This document shows, piece by piece, positions 1-10,022 of a stretch of DNA of 54,138 nucleotides. The stretch comes from Novosphingobium sp. GTDB taxonomy: Bacteria; Pseudomonadota; Alphaproteobacteria; Sphingomonadales; Sphingomonadaceae. The notes beneath the pieces were generated by a model, which saw nothing but the letters and a program-made list of their open reading frames with translations, was not told the origin of the DNA and made no database searches. Positions within the stretch are counted from its first letter, which is position 1. Every line of letters starts with the position of its first letter. The DNA lies in assembly GCA_035653915.1 (NCBI GenBank), contig DASRYE010000041.1, positions 1 through 54,138 on the forward strand. The letters run 5' to 3'. A program made the position numbers and the translations under genes.

Positions 1-903
1 CCGGGCGGCCGGGCGGCCTATCCCTCCTCGCTGCTGATGAACGCCATTCCCGCCAAGGTGGCAGGCGTTGGCCGGCTGGTGGTCACCACGCCCACGCCCC
101 GGGGTCAGGTGAACCCGCTGGTGCTGGCCGCCGCCCATATCGCCGGGGTGGACGAGATCTGGCGCGTGGGCGGCGCGCAGGCAGTGGGCGCGCTGGCTTA
201 TGGCACCGCGCGCATCCGCCCGGTGGATGTGATCACCGGCCCGGGCAATGCCTTTGTGGCCGAGGCCAAGCGCCAGCTTTATGGCGTGGTGGGCATCGAC
301 ATGGTGGCCGGCCCCAGCGAGATCCTGGTGATTGCCGATGGCCGGAACGATCCGCGCTGGATCGCGGTGGATCTGCTCAGCCAGGCCGAGCATGATCCGG
401 CCGCGCAATCGATCCTCATCACCGATGATGCCGGTTTTGCCGATGCCGTGGCCGATGCCGTGGAGGCCGAGCTGAAGCTGCTGGCCACAGAAGCGGCCGC
501 CCGCGCCAGCTGGGAAACGCATGGGGTGATCATCACCGTGGCCGATCTTGCCGCCGAAGCCCCCGCGCTTGCCAATGCCCTTGCCGCCGAGCATGTGGAA
601 GTGGCGACCGACACGCCCCAGGCCCTGTTCGACGAAATCCGCCATGCCGGTTCCGTCTTCCTTGGCCGGCACACGCCAGAGGCGGTGGGCGATTATGTCG
701 CCGGGCCCAACCATGTGCTGCCCACCGGGCGCCGCGCGCGCTTTTCCAGCGGGCTGTCGGTGCTCGATTTTCTGAAGCGCACCAGCTTCATCCAGCTAGA
801 CGATGCCGCCCTTGCCGCCATCGGCCCCGCCGCTGTGGCACTGGCCGATGCCGAGGGGCTGCCCGCCCATGGCCGCTCCATCTCGGTGCGGCTCGGACAA
901 TAA
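1..903 (+). CDS. hisD: Histidinol dehydrogenase (5'-truncated by window edge)
   Basis: Frame open from base 1 (PGGRAAYPSSLLMNAIPA); motifs GGAQA, GPGNAFVAEAK, IDMVAGPSE, DLLSQAEHD, GDYVAGPNHVLPT, EGLPAH. Confidence 0.97.
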   Translation, partial: PGGRAAYPSSLLMNAIPAKVAGVGRLVVTTPTPRGQVNPLVLAAAHIAGVDEIWRVGGAQAVGALAYGTARIRPVDVITGPGNAFVAEAKRQLYGVVGIDMVAGPSEILVIADGRNDPRWIAVDLLSQAEHDPAAQSILITDDAGFADAVADAVEAELKLLATEAAARASWETHGVIITVADLAAEAPALANALAAEHVEVATDTPQALFDEIRHAGSVFLGRHTPEAVGDYVAGPNHVLPTGRRARFSSGLSVLDFLKRTSFIQLDDAALAAIGPAAVALADAEGLPAHGRSISVRLGQ

Positions 904-915
904 GGAACCCATGCG

Positions 916-1353
916 ATGAACCCGCGCGCCCGCGCCGCCGCCCGCCTTGCCGCCGTGCAGGCCCTCTATCAGCACGATATGGAGGGCACCCCGCTCGCCA
1001 GCCTGCTGGACGAATTCCACCGCCACCGCCTCGGCGCCGAGATCGAGGATGTGCAGTATAACGAGGCCGAAACCGCCTTCTTCGACGATGTGGTGAAAGG
1101 CTTCCTCGCCCGCCGCGAGGAGATCGACGGCAAGCTGGCCGAAAAGCTGGCCACCGGCTGGAAGCTGGAGCGGCTGGACAAGACCATGCTGCAGGTGCTG
1201 CGCGCCGGCGCCTACGAGCTGATCGCCCGCGCCGATGTGCCCACTGCCTCGGTCATCAGCGAATATGTCGATGTGGCCCATGCCTTCTTCGACGAGCGCG
1301 AGGCCAAATTCGTGAACGGCGTGCTCGACGCGCTGGCCAAGGCGGTGCGCTGA
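916..1353 (+). CDS. nusB: Transcription antitermination factor NusB
   Basis: RAAARLAAVQALYQ, W-x-LERL, ISEYVDVA, FVNGVLD; RBS AAGGA upstream. Confidence 0.96.
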   Translation: MNPRARAAARLAAVQALYQHDMEGTPLASLLDEFHRHRLGAEIEDVQYNEAETAFFDDVVKGFLARREEIDGKLAEKLATGWKLERLDKTMLQVLRAGAYELIARADVPTASVISEYVDVAHAFFDEREAKFVNGVLDALAKAVR

Positions 1354-1360
1354 GGCGGCC

Positions 1361-2248
1361 CTGACCAGCGAAGCCGCCTTTATCGAGGCCCTGCGCGGCC
1401 TTGTCAGCACCCCTTCCGCGCGCGCCCTGCTGGATGATTGCGCGGTGCTGCCGCTGGGCACGGAAACGCTGGTGCTGACGCATGACATGATCGCCGCCGG
1501 CGTGCATTTCCTGCCCGATGCCGATCCGGCCGACATTGCCTGGCGGCTGGTGGCCACCAACATGTCGGATCTGGCGGCCAAGGGGGCAGAGCCGGTGGGC
1601 GTGCTGCTGGGCCACATGCTGGACGAGGACGACACCCGCTTCCTGGCCGGCCTGGGCGAGGCGCTGGCCCATTACCATGCCCCGCTGCTGGGCGGCGACA
1701 CGATCGCCGTGCCCGGCGGCACCAGGGTGCTCGGGCTCACCGCCATTGGCCGCGCCACTTGCCCGCGCGTGCCCTCGCGCACGGGGGCAAGGGCGGGCGA
1801 CGGGCTTTACATCACCGGCCCTGTGGGCGCCGCCATGCTGGGGCTGGAGGCGATCCGCGCCGGCACCCCCGATCCGGCCGCCAGCCTGGCCTATCGCCGG
1901 CCAGAGGCGCTGATGGCCGAGGGCCGCGCGCTGGCGCCGCTCGTCACCGCGATGATGGATGTGTCGGACGGGCTGCTGCTCGATGCCGCGCGCATGGCCC
2001 GGGCCAGCGGCATCACCCTGGCGATCGACAGCGCCGCCGTGCCCATCGCCACGCCCGAAAACCGCCGCGCCGAAGCGCTGCGCTGGGGCGATGATTACCA
2101 GCTGCTGTTCACCGCGCCCGCAGGGGTGGTCCTGCCGGTGCCCGCCTTTGCCATCGGCCGCGCGCTGGATGCCGGCCCTGCCCCGCTGCTGGTCGATGGC
2201 GCGCCAGCCGGCGAGGAAGCCCCGCTGGGCTATCAGCACCGGGGCTGA
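1361..2248 (+). CDS. thiL: Thiamine-monophosphate kinase
   Basis: DDCAV, GVHF, NMSDLAAKGA, GGDT, DVSDGL, GDDYQLLF; family-like sequence extends upstream of the listed ORF to an in-frame CTG at 1361 (TSEAAFIEAL). Confidence 0.93.
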   Translation: MTSEAAFIEALRGLVSTPSARALLDDCAVLPLGTETLVLTHDMIAAGVHFLPDADPADIAWRLVATNMSDLAAKGAEPVGVLLGHMLDEDDTRFLAGLGEALAHYHAPLLGGDTIAVPGGTRVLGLTAIGRATCPRVPSRTGARAGDGLYITGPVGAAMLGLEAIRAGTPDPAASLAYRRPEALMAEGRALAPLVTAMMDVSDGLLLDAARMARASGITLAIDSAAVPIATPENRRAEALRWGDDYQLLFTAPAGVVLPVPAFAIGRALDAGPAPLLVDGAPAGEEAPLGYQHRG

Positions 2249-2441
2249 ACCGGGACAAACTGGGACAAAGCGTCCACCCCCGGCGAACACCCTTGCGCCC
2301 GCCGGCCCCGCCCCCTAGCATCACGCCCGCATGGGTATTGTTCGCCAATAAGAACAGACCCGGGATGCAACGGCGACCATGCCCTGCGGGGGGCCATGTT
2401 TTCGCATTCCCCGCAAGGCCGGCGACAAAAGGGGATTGCCT

Positions 2442-4535
2442 GTGACTCTTGTCATTTTAGCAATAGGGCTGGGATTACTGGCCATAGTCTATGGTTTTAT
2501 TACCAGCCGGCAAGTGCTGGGCGCGCCATCGGGCAATGCCCGCATGCAGGAAATTGCCGCCGCCATCCAGGAAGGCGCGCAGGCCTACCTCAAGCGGCAA
2601 TATACCACCATCGCCATTGCGGGCATCGTGGTGGCAGCGATCGTCGGCGCGGCGCTGGGGCTGATCAGCGCCACGGGCTTTGTGCTGGGGGCGCTGCTGT
2701 CGGGCGCGGCGGGGTTTATCGGCATGAATGTGTCGGTGCGCGCCAACGTGCGCACGGCGGCCGCGGCGCAGAATGGGCTGCAGGCGGGCCTCACCCTGGC
2801 CTTTCGCGCCGGCGCCATCACCGGCCTGCTGGTGGCCGGCCTCGCCCTGCTCGCCATCTCGGGCTATTTCTATTATCTGGTGGCGGTGGCCGGCGCCGCG
2901 CCGGGCAGCCGGGTGGTCATCACCGCGCTCACGGCGCTGGCGCTGGGCGCCTCGCTGGTGTCGATCTTCGCGCGGCTGGGCGGCGGCATCTTCACCAAGG
3001 CGGCCGATGTCGGGGCCGATCTCGTCGGCAAGGTGGAAGCCGGCATCCCCGAGGATGATCCGCGCAACCCGGCCGTCATCGCCGACAATGTGGGCGACAA
3101 TGTGGGCGATTGCGCCGGCATGGCCGCCGACCTGTTCGAGACCTATGTGGTAACGGTGGGCGCCACCATGGTGTTGACCGCCCTGCTGCTGAAGGGCGCC
3201 GATGCCCTGCTGCTGCCGCTGATGAGCCTGCCGCTGCTGATCGGCGGCGTGTGCATCGTCACCTCGATCATCGGCACCTATTTCGTGCGGCTGGGCCGCG
3301 GCCAGAACATCATGGGGGCGATGTACAAGGGCTTCCTCGTCACCGCCGGCCTCTCGGTAGTGGCCATCTGGCTGGCCATTTCGGCAGCGCTGGGCGGCGA
3401 TATGGAAAGCCCCATCGGCGCCAATGCCTTCAACGGGCGGATGCTGTTCTATTGCGCGCTGGTGGGGCTGGTGATCACTGGCCTTATCGTGTGGATCACC
3501 GAATATTACACCGGCACCGGCTTTCGCCCGGTGCGCTCCATCGCCCGGGCCTCGGTCACGGGGCATGGCACCAATGTGATCCAGGGGCTGGCGATCAGCC
3601 TGGAGGCCACGGCCCTGCCCACGCTGGTGATCGTTGCCGGCATCATCATCGCCTACAAGCTGGCTGGCCTTATCGGCATTGCCTATGGGGCAACCGCGAT
3701 GCTGGCGCTGGCCGGCATGGTGGTGGCGCTGGATGCCTATGGCCCGGTGACCGACAACGCCGGCGGCATTGCCGAAATGGCCGGGCTTGACGATGCCGTG
3801 CGCGAGAAGACCGATGCGCTGGATGCCGTGGGCAACACCACCAAGGCGGTGACGAAGGGCTATGCCATCGGCTCGGCGGGGCTGGCCGCGCTGGTGCTGT
3901 TTGCCGCCTACACCACGGACCTGCGCGAATTCTTCCCCGGTCTGTCGGTGAATTTCAGCCTTGAGAACCCCTATGTCATCGTTGGCCTGCTGCTGGGGGC
4001 GTTGCTGCCCTATCTGTTCGGCGCGCTGGGGATGACGGCGGTGGGCCGGGCGGCCGGCGATGTGGTGGTGGATGTGCGCGACCAGTTTGCCGCCAACCCC
4101 GGCATCATGGCCGGCACCAGCCGCCCCGATTATGCCCGCACGGTGGATCTGGTGACGAAAGCGGCGATCAAGGAAATGGTGGCGCCCAGCATGCTGCCGG
4201 TCTTCGCGCCGATCCTCGTCTATTTCCTCATCAGCCAGGTGGCCGGGCGCGACAATGGCTTTGCCGCGCTGGGGGCGCTGCTGCTGGGGGTGATCGTGGG
4301 CGGGCTGTTCGTGGCGCTGTCGATGACCAGCGGCGGCGGCGCCTGGGACAATGCCAAGAAATATATCGAGGATGGCCATTATGGCGGCAAGGGATCAGAC
4401 GCCCACAAGGCAGCCGTGACCGGCGACACCGTGGGCGACCCCTACAAGGACACCGCTGGCCCGGCCGTCAACCCGATGATCAAGATCACCAATATCGTGG
4501 CGCTGCTGCTGCTGGCGGCGCTGGCGGGGGGGTGA
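2442..4535 (+). CDS. hppA: Membrane H+-translocating pyrophosphatase (K+-independent type)
   Basis: [44 protein letters not shown] (Lys marks the K+-independent type), [10 protein letters not shown]; GTG at 2442 after AAGGGGA. Confidence 0.96.
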   Translation: MTLVILAIGLGLLAIVYGFITSRQVLGAPSGNARMQEIAAAIQEGAQAYLKRQYTTIAIAGIVVAAIVGAALGLISATGFVLGALLSGAAGFIGMNVSVRANVRTAAAAQNGLQAGLTLAFRAGAITGLLVAGLALLAISGYFYYLVAVAGAAPGSRVVITALTALALGASLVSIFARLGGGIFTKAADVGADLVGKVEAGIPEDDPRNPAVIADNVGDNVGDCAGMAADLFETYVVTVGATMVLTALLLKGADALLLPLMSLPLLIGGVCIVTSIIGTYFVRLGRGQNIMGAMYKGFLVTAGLSVVAIWLAISAALGGDMESPIGANAFNGRMLFYCALVGLVITGLIVWITEYYTGTGFRPVRSIARASVTGHGTNVIQGLAISLEATALPTLVIVAGIIIAYKLAGLIGIAYGATAMLALAGMVVALDAYGPVTDNAGGIAEMAGLDDAVREKTDALDAVGNTTKAVTKGYAIGSAGLAALVLFAAYTTDLREFFPGLSVNFSLENPYVIVGLLLGALLPYLFGALGMTAVGRAAGDVVVDVRDQFAANPGIMAGTSRPDYARTVDLVTKAAIKEMVAPSMLPVFAPILVYFLISQVAGRDNGFAALGALLLGVIVGGLFVALSMTSGGGAWDNAKKYIEDGHYGGKGSDAHKAAVTGDTVGDPYKDTAGPAVNPMIKITNIVALLLLAALAGG

Positions 4536-4548
4536 AAGGCCCCCGCCC

Positions 4549-6489
4549 TCACCCGCCGGGGTGATAGAAATCATACACTGTGCGCGCCACCGCCGCTGAC
4601 ACGCCGGGGGCGCGCATCAGATCGTCGAGCGCTGCCGCGCGCACCCGGCTGGCGGTGCCGAAATGCAGCAGCAGCGCGCGCTTGCGGGCCGGGCCAATGC
4701 CGGGGATCTCGTCCAGCGGCGAGGCGGTGATGGCGCGCGACCGCTTCTCGCGGTGGGCGCCGATGACGAAGCGGTGCACCTCGTCGCGCAGGCGTTGCAG
4801 CAGGAACAGCACCGGCGCATTCACTGGCAGCATCTTCTCGCGCCCGTCGGGGAAGTGGAACACCTCGCGCCCCTCGCGGCCATGGTGCGGCCCCTTGGCG
4901 ATGGCGATGAGGTTGACATCCTCCACCCCCAGTTCCTCCAGCGCGGCCTTCACCGCGCTCATCTGCCCCTTGCCGCCATCGATCAGCACCAGATCGGGCC
5001 ACATGCCACGATCGCGGTCCGGGTCCTCCTCCATCGCCCGGCCGAAGCGGCGGGTCATCATCTCGGCCATCATGGCGAAATCATCGTTGCTGTCGGCCTC
5101 TTTCACATTCCACTTGCGATACTGGCCCTTCTGGAAGCCTTCGGGGCCGGCAACGATCATCGCGCCCAGCGCATGGGCGCCCTGGATGTGGCTGTTATCA
5201 TACACTTCCACGCGCTGCGGCGCTTCGGGCAGTTCGAGGAATTCGGCCATCTCGCGCCAGATCTTCGCCTTGCTGCCGCTTTCGGCCATGCGCCGCTCCA
5301 GCGCCTCGGTGGCGTTGCGGGCGGCCTGTTCCACCAGCCGCTTGCGATCGCCGCGCTGGGGCGTGGCGATCTCCACCTTGCCGCCGGCCCCCTCGCGCAG
5401 GGCCTCGGCCAGCAGTTCCGCCTCGGGCAGCGCGCGATCGAGCAGGATGACGCGCGGCGGCGGCACTTCCTCGTAGAATTGCGCCAGGAAGCTTTGCAGC
5501 ACCTCGCCCTCCTCCAGCCCGTCGGTATGGGCGGGGAAGAAGGCGCGGTGGCCCCAGTTCTGCCCGCCGCGAATGAAGAAGGCCTGGATGGCGATCTGCC
5601 CGGCCTTGGCGGCCAGCGCGAAGATATCGGCATTGGGCAGGCCCTCGGCGTTGATCGCCTGGCTGCCCTGGATGAAGGTGGCCGCGCGCAGCCGGTCGCG
5701 CAGCAAGGCGGCGCGCTCGAAATCCAGCGCCTCGGCGGCGGCAGCCATCTGCGCTTCCAGCTCGCGCTGCACGGCCGAGGATTTGCCGCCGAGGAAATCC
5801 TTCGCCTGGCGCACCAGCTCGGCATAATCGGCCGCGCTGATCCGCTCGACGCAAGGCGCCGCGCAGCGCTTGATCTGATAGAGCAGGCACGGCCGGTCGC
5901 GCCGGCTCATGAAACTGTCGGTGCACGAGCGCAGCAGGAACAGCTTCTGCAGCGCGTTGATCGTGGTGTTGACCGAGCCCGCGCTGGCAAAGGGGCCATA
6001 ATAATGGCCGGCCGAACGCCGCGCGCCGCGGTGCTTCTGGATGCGCGGGAAGGCATGATCGGTGCGCAGCAGGATGAAGGGGAAGCTTTTGTCATCGCGC
6101 AGCAGCACATTGTAGGGCGGGCGGAAGCGCTTGATCAGCTGCGCTTCCAGCAGCAGCGCCTCGGCCTCGGAATTGGTCGTGACGATGGTCATCGCCCGGC
6201 ACTGGCTGACCATGCGCTGCAGGCGCAGCGGCAGCCGGTCTACCTGGGTGTAATTGGCCACCCGGTTGCGCAGCGCCCGCGCCTTGCCCACATACAGCAC
6301 ATCGCCCCGCGCATCCTGCATGCGATAAACACCCGGCCGCGCCGGCAGCGTGGCCAGCACTTCGCGGATGGCGGCAACGCCGGCGTCCAGATCGGGCTTT
6401 TCGCGCCCGCGCACCAGGCTGGTGGCGGCATCCTCGTTGAAACGCTCGGCGCTGTCAGGGTCGCGCGGGGGGTCTGTGGGCTTCGACAT
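4549..6489 (-). CDS. uvrC: Excinuclease ABC subunit C
   Basis: GIY-YIG region (PGVYRM..LYVGKA), YNVLLRDDK, Cys cluster, UVR domain, EVYDNSH, IDGGKGQ, RDEVHRF, C-terminal HhH. Confidence 0.97.
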   Translation of the reverse strand: MSKPTDPPRDPDSAERFNEDAATSLVRGREKPDLDAGVAAIREVLATLPARPGVYRMQDARGDVLYVGKARALRNRVANYTQVDRLPLRLQRMVSQCRAMTIVTTNSEAEALLLEAQLIKRFRPPYNVLLRDDKSFPFILLRTDHAFPRIQKHRGARRSAGHYYGPFASAGSVNTTINALQKLFLLRSCTDSFMSRRDRPCLLYQIKRCAAPCVERISAADYAELVRQAKDFLGGKSSAVQRELEAQMAAAAEALDFERAALLRDRLRAATFIQGSQAINAEGLPNADIFALAAKAGQIAIQAFFIRGGQNWGHRAFFPAHTDGLEEGEVLQSFLAQFYEEVPPPRVILLDRALPEAELLAEALREGAGGKVEIATPQRGDRKRLVEQAARNATEALERRMAESGSKAKIWREMAEFLELPEAPQRVEVYDNSHIQGAHALGAMIVAGPEGFQKGQYRKWNVKEADSNDDFAMMAEMMTRRFGRAMEEDPDRDRGMWPDLVLIDGGKGQMSAVKAALEELGVEDVNLIAIAKGPHHGREGREVFHFPDGREKMLPVNAPVLFLLQRLRDEVHRFVIGAHREKRSRAITASPLDEIPGIGPARKRALLLHFGTASRVRAAALDDLMRAPGVSAAVARTVYDFYHPGG

Positions 6490-6511
6490 GCGCCCCGGAT
6501 AGACGCAAGCC

Positions 6512-6568
6512 GCGCCTTTGGGGAGAGGCCCAAAGGCGCCGGCGCCGGCAGACAGGCCCCGGCGCCGG
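6512..6568. repeat. Two adjacent GC-rich inverted repeats downstream of the di-heme gene (possible terminator or RNA structure)
   Basis: GCGCCTTTGGG-gagagg-CCCAAAGGCGC (6512-6539) and CCGGCGCCGG..CCGGCGCCGG; no clear U-tract after them. Confidence 0.4.
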
Positions 6569-6582
6569 AAAAAGCCCCGGGC

Positions 6583-8007
6583 TCAGCGATCGTCCAGCGT
6601 GTGGAGGAAGGCGATGATGTCGTCGATATCGGCATCGCTCAGCGGCGGCGTGTCGCCGCGCTTCTGGGTGAAGGGGGCATCGGCTACATCGATGTTGCCA
6701 TGATATTTGGCCGGCAGATCATTGTAGATCAGCAGGCGCCCCTGCGCATCGCGCGGATAGACCTTCTCCGGATGGGCGGCGCGCTGGTTGTAGAAATTCA
6801 GCACGTCGCGCAGATTATGATAAACGCCATTGTGGAAATAGACCCCGCGCCTGGCGCTGTTGCGCAAGGTGGGGGTGAGGAACATGCCGCAATATTGCGT
6901 CTGCCGGGCCAGATCCTGGCGCGCCGGGCCGCACAGGCCCATATCGAAGAAGGCCGGATCGCGGTTGACCTTGAGGCGCGGATTGCGCGGCACGCCCAGC
7001 GCCTCGAATTCGCTGTCGGTGAACAGCGGCGGCAGGCCATCGGCGGCGGGCTGGCTGAGGTGGCAGGCGGCGCAATTGCCCTTCTCCGGGTCGTTGAACA
7101 GGCGCAGGCCGCGCATTTCGGCATGGGTCAGCCGTTCCTTGCCCTCCAGCCAGGCATCATACTTGCTGTTGAAGCGGTGGAACGCCCCCGATTCGACCTG
7201 ATAGGCCGACAGCGCCGACATCGCCTCGATGAATAGCATCTCGGGCCGATCCAGCGTGTGCTGGCCAAACAGCCGGCCCAGCTGGGCAAGATAGGGCAGG
7301 CGGCGCAGCTTATCCACCACGGCGAAACGGTCCTTGTTGGCCATTTCGGCGGGGTTCATCATCGGCCCCATCGCCTGGTCCATCAGCATGTCGATCCGCC
7401 CGTCCCAGAACAGGCCGCCGGCGGGCACCAGGGCGGAAGCCTCGGCAGGGGTGCCGGCGCTTTTCACTTGCCTGGCCTGCGTCTGCGCCTTGTCGGCCAG
7501 CTGGTCGAGCGGGATCGGCACATCGAGATCGGCCGTGGAGGGGCCGATGGTGAAGCCCTTCTGGCGATAGAGATAGGTGAGCCCCGGCGGCGGGCGCAGC
7601 CCTTCCTGATCCATGGCAATGCCGCCCAGCTCCACATCGCGGGCAGTGGGCGGACCAAAGGCGCGGGCCGGATCATGGCAGCTGGCGCAGGATTGCTTGC
7701 CCGAGGCCGACAGCGACGGATCGAAAAACAGTTTCTGCCCCACCTGGGCCAGCACGCTCAGCGGCTTTTCGGCCGGGCGCAGCAGCTTTACGGGGTGGGG
7801 GTTGGCGCCGGTCGTATCCTCGATCCAGCGGCCCATCGCGGCGGGCGCCTGGGCGGGAAAGGCGAGGAACCAGCCCAGCGTGGCGCCGCCCGCCACCGCC
7901 AGCGCGGCAGCCCCCAGCGCCACCTTGCGCCAGACGCGCCTCCCTCCCGATGCGCGGGGGGCGTTGTGGCTGGCGGCAGGTTGGGTGTCAGGCTCGGTCG
8001 CGGTCAT
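6583..8007 (-). CDS. Di-heme cytochrome c peroxidase/MauG superfamily protein (BthA-like)
   Basis: Two CxxCH motifs (CASCH, CAACH), GQKLFFDPSLS, FWDGR, TPTLRN, YFHNG; N-terminal hydrophobic segment; ATG at 8007 preferred over TTG at 8022. Confidence 0.88.
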   Translation of the reverse strand: MTATEPDTQPAASHNAPRASGGRRVWRKVALGAAALAVAGGATLGWFLAFPAQAPAAMGRWIEDTTGANPHPVKLLRPAEKPLSVLAQVGQKLFFDPSLSASGKQSCASCHDPARAFGPPTARDVELGGIAMDQEGLRPPPGLTYLYRQKGFTIGPSTADLDVPIPLDQLADKAQTQARQVKSAGTPAEASALVPAGGLFWDGRIDMLMDQAMGPMMNPAEMANKDRFAVVDKLRRLPYLAQLGRLFGQHTLDRPEMLFIEAMSALSAYQVESGAFHRFNSKYDAWLEGKERLTHAEMRGLRLFNDPEKGNCAACHLSQPAADGLPPLFTDSEFEALGVPRNPRLKVNRDPAFFDMGLCGPARQDLARQTQYCGMFLTPTLRNSARRGVYFHNGVYHNLRDVLNFYNQRAAHPEKVYPRDAQGRLLIYNDLPAKYHGNIDVADAPFTQKRGDTPPLSDADIDDIIAFLHTLDDR

Positions 8008-8020
8008 GGCAGGGCTTTGC

Positions 8021-8060
8021 AAAAAAGAGATCTCCCGCCGGCGCGCTGGCCGGCGGGAGA
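8021..8060 (-). terminator. Intrinsic terminator between the phosphoesterase and di-heme genes
   Basis: 12-bp perfect stem TCTCCCGCCGGC/GCCGGCGGGAGA followed on the minus strand by TCTCTTTTTT. Confidence 0.75.
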
Positions 8061-8085
8061 AGAGTAGGGTGGAAACCGGCAGGCC

Positions 8086-9792
8086 TCAGCTCGTGGTGCG
8101 CACGCCGGTGGTGGTGTTCAGCAGATAGGTGCCGGTGCGCGGCGAGGAGGTGAAGTCGAACAGGCTGCGGATATCGCCGGCGGCGGCATCGTTCGAACCA
8201 TTGCCCAGGCGCTTGCCGCCCAGCCAGTTGTCCTCGATGAAGCGGACGATCGACGACTGCGAGATCTGCGTGCTGTCGACATAATTCTGCCGCGCATAGG
8301 GCGAGATCACCAGGAAGGGCGTGCGCGTGCCCGGGCCGCAGCGGCCGTTCACGGTCTTGCCCGAAAGGCCGACACCGGCGGTGGCGCTGCTGCTGGTGCA
8401 GCTGCCGGCGGCGGTGAAGGCATCGTAGGTGGCATCCGAGGAGGAAGTGGTGATCGTCGGCGACTGGTGGTCGTACCAGCCGTCGGAATCGTCATAGGCG
8501 ATGATGATCGCCGTGTTCTTCCAGTCCGACTGCTGCATGATGAAGTTGATGGCGGTGGTGATGAAGGTCTGCTCGTCCAGCGGGTTCGAATTGCCCGGGT
8601 GGCCATCCTGGAAGGCGGGCGCCTTGATGAAGCTGACCGAGGGGAAGTTGCCCGCGCTGACCGCCGTCACGAAGTCGTTGTAGTCATACTGGTGGTTGAT
8701 CGCGGTGGCGCCATACGAGCTGTCGGTGGTCTCGGTATAGCCGATCATCGCGGTCGAGCTGGGGCGGGTGTGGTTGATGTTGGCGGTGGTGCCGTAATAC
8801 TGGAACCAGGCGTGGTGGGGGATGTAGTCCGTCACCGTCGAGCTGGTGTTGGGCGACACGGTCGAGCGCGCGCAGCCGGTGGTGTTGTTGCTGTTGGTGG
8901 TGGCCAGGTTGAAGCCGCCCATGAAGCCGCCCCAGGTGATGCCGGCCGCATTCAGCAGGTCGCCGATGTTCTGGCCGCTCATCTTGACGGTGGCGCTGGT
9001 CGTGCTCGAGCACTTGTCGCCGGTGGGATCAGGGTCGCCGATGACCGAGAAACTGCCGTTGCCATCGGCAATGGCGCTGCTGGCAATGGCCGAGCCGGTG
9101 GAAGTGACCGCGCCATTGTTCTGGCCCGAGATCACGTTGATGGCGCCCGGCGTCGAGGGACCGAAAGTGTCGGTCCAGGCGTTGTCGCTCATCGCGTAGT
9201 TCTGGGCATAGTTCCACAGGGCGGTAACGGTGTTGCCGTCGAAATAGCCGAGCACCTGCGCCTTGGTGCCGAACTGGGCCGAACCGCTGGTGGCCGCCTT
9301 GCCGGTGTAATAGACAAAGGCATCCATCAGGCCGTTGTCGCTGGCTTCCTGCTCGGGCAGGTAGGCATGGTTCATGCTCGTCACGTTATATTGCGCGCGA
9401 TCGATGCGGAACGGGTTCAGATAGCTCGCCTGATAGCCAAGGCTGGTGTTCAGGCTGTTCGTCATGTTGGGGTTGGCGTTCAGCAGCGAGGGGTGCTTGA
9501 GGTAGTTGTTGACATAGGCAACGTTGGAGGGCGCGGTCCAGCTCTGGGTCGGCTCGCCGGTGGGGTCGGCCGACTGCGGATAGGTGCCGAAATAGTGGTC
9601 GAACGACTGGTTCTCGGGGAAGATCACCACCAGATGCTTGATCGGCGTGGTGGTGGTCAGCTTGTCCTGCGCGGTGGTGTTGCTGTCGGTGCTGGTGTTC
9701 TTGTTATCGTCGTGGCAGCCGGCCAGCAGCAGGGCGGCGCCTGCGGTTGCGGTCAAGGCGAGTGTCGTCAAAAGCCCTGTTTTGCGTTTCAT
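8086..9792 (-). CDS. Phosphoesterase family lipoprotein (AcpA/phospholipase C-like acid phosphatase)
   Basis: IKHLVVIFPENQSFDHYFG, FGPSTPG, DGHPG, YDDSDGWYDH, ISPYA; lipobox LLAGC; RBS GGAG. Confidence 0.9.
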   Translation of the reverse strand: MKRKTGLLTTLALTATAGAALLLAGCHDDNKNTSTDSNTTAQDKLTTTTPIKHLVVIFPENQSFDHYFGTYPQSADPTGEPTQSWTAPSNVAYVNNYLKHPSLLNANPNMTNSLNTSLGYQASYLNPFRIDRAQYNVTSMNHAYLPEQEASDNGLMDAFVYYTGKAATSGSAQFGTKAQVLGYFDGNTVTALWNYAQNYAMSDNAWTDTFGPSTPGAINVISGQNNGAVTSTGSAIASSAIADGNGSFSVIGDPDPTGDKCSSTTSATVKMSGQNIGDLLNAAGITWGGFMGGFNLATTNSNNTTGCARSTVSPNTSSTVTDYIPHHAWFQYYGTTANINHTRPSSTAMIGYTETTDSSYGATAINHQYDYNDFVTAVSAGNFPSVSFIKAPAFQDGHPGNSNPLDEQTFITTAINFIMQQSDWKNTAIIIAYDDSDGWYDHQSPTITTSSSDATYDAFTAAGSCTSSSATAGVGLSGKTVNGRCGPGTRTPFLVISPYARQNYVDSTQISQSSIVRFIEDNWLGGKRLGNGSNDAAAGDIRSLFDFTSSPRTGTYLLNTTTGVRTTS

Positions 9793-9900
9793 GTGAATAG
9801 ACTCCAGATGCGCTAGCGCGGCGCGCCGGTGATCTGAAAGCCCCGCCGGTCAGCCGCTGGAAAATCGGGCCACGCCCGCGCGCCGATCCAGCAGCCCAAG

Positions 9901-9918
9901 ATGACAGGGCAATGACGA
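9901..9918 (-). promoter_or_regulatory. Pho box (PhoB site) facing the phosphoesterase gene
   Basis: Minus strand TCGTCAT-TGCC-CTGTCAT, an 11-bp-period match to CTGTCAT-N4-CTGTCAT. Confidence 0.7.
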
Positions 9919-10022
9919 TTTCCCAAGTTTTCCATTGTCTTAATAGTGACCCATTCGGCCATTACAAATCTTGCAACGCAAATGGCCGCGCAGGTGAAAG
10001 ACCTTAATCCGGCATGCGGCGG

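Noticed and set aside
4523-4547. Hairpin between convergent hppA and uvrC as a terminator
   Set aside because: 8-bp G/C-run stem with no U-tract on either side; too weak to call.
4663-7236. 857-aa plus-strand ORF and similar long antisense ORFs (2475-4379, 11414-13672, 18409-20793, 27542-29437, 35064-36932, 39850-41709, 45716-47434)
   Set aside because: Shadow frames opposite well-supported genes, expected from high-GC codon bias; no recognisable motifs.
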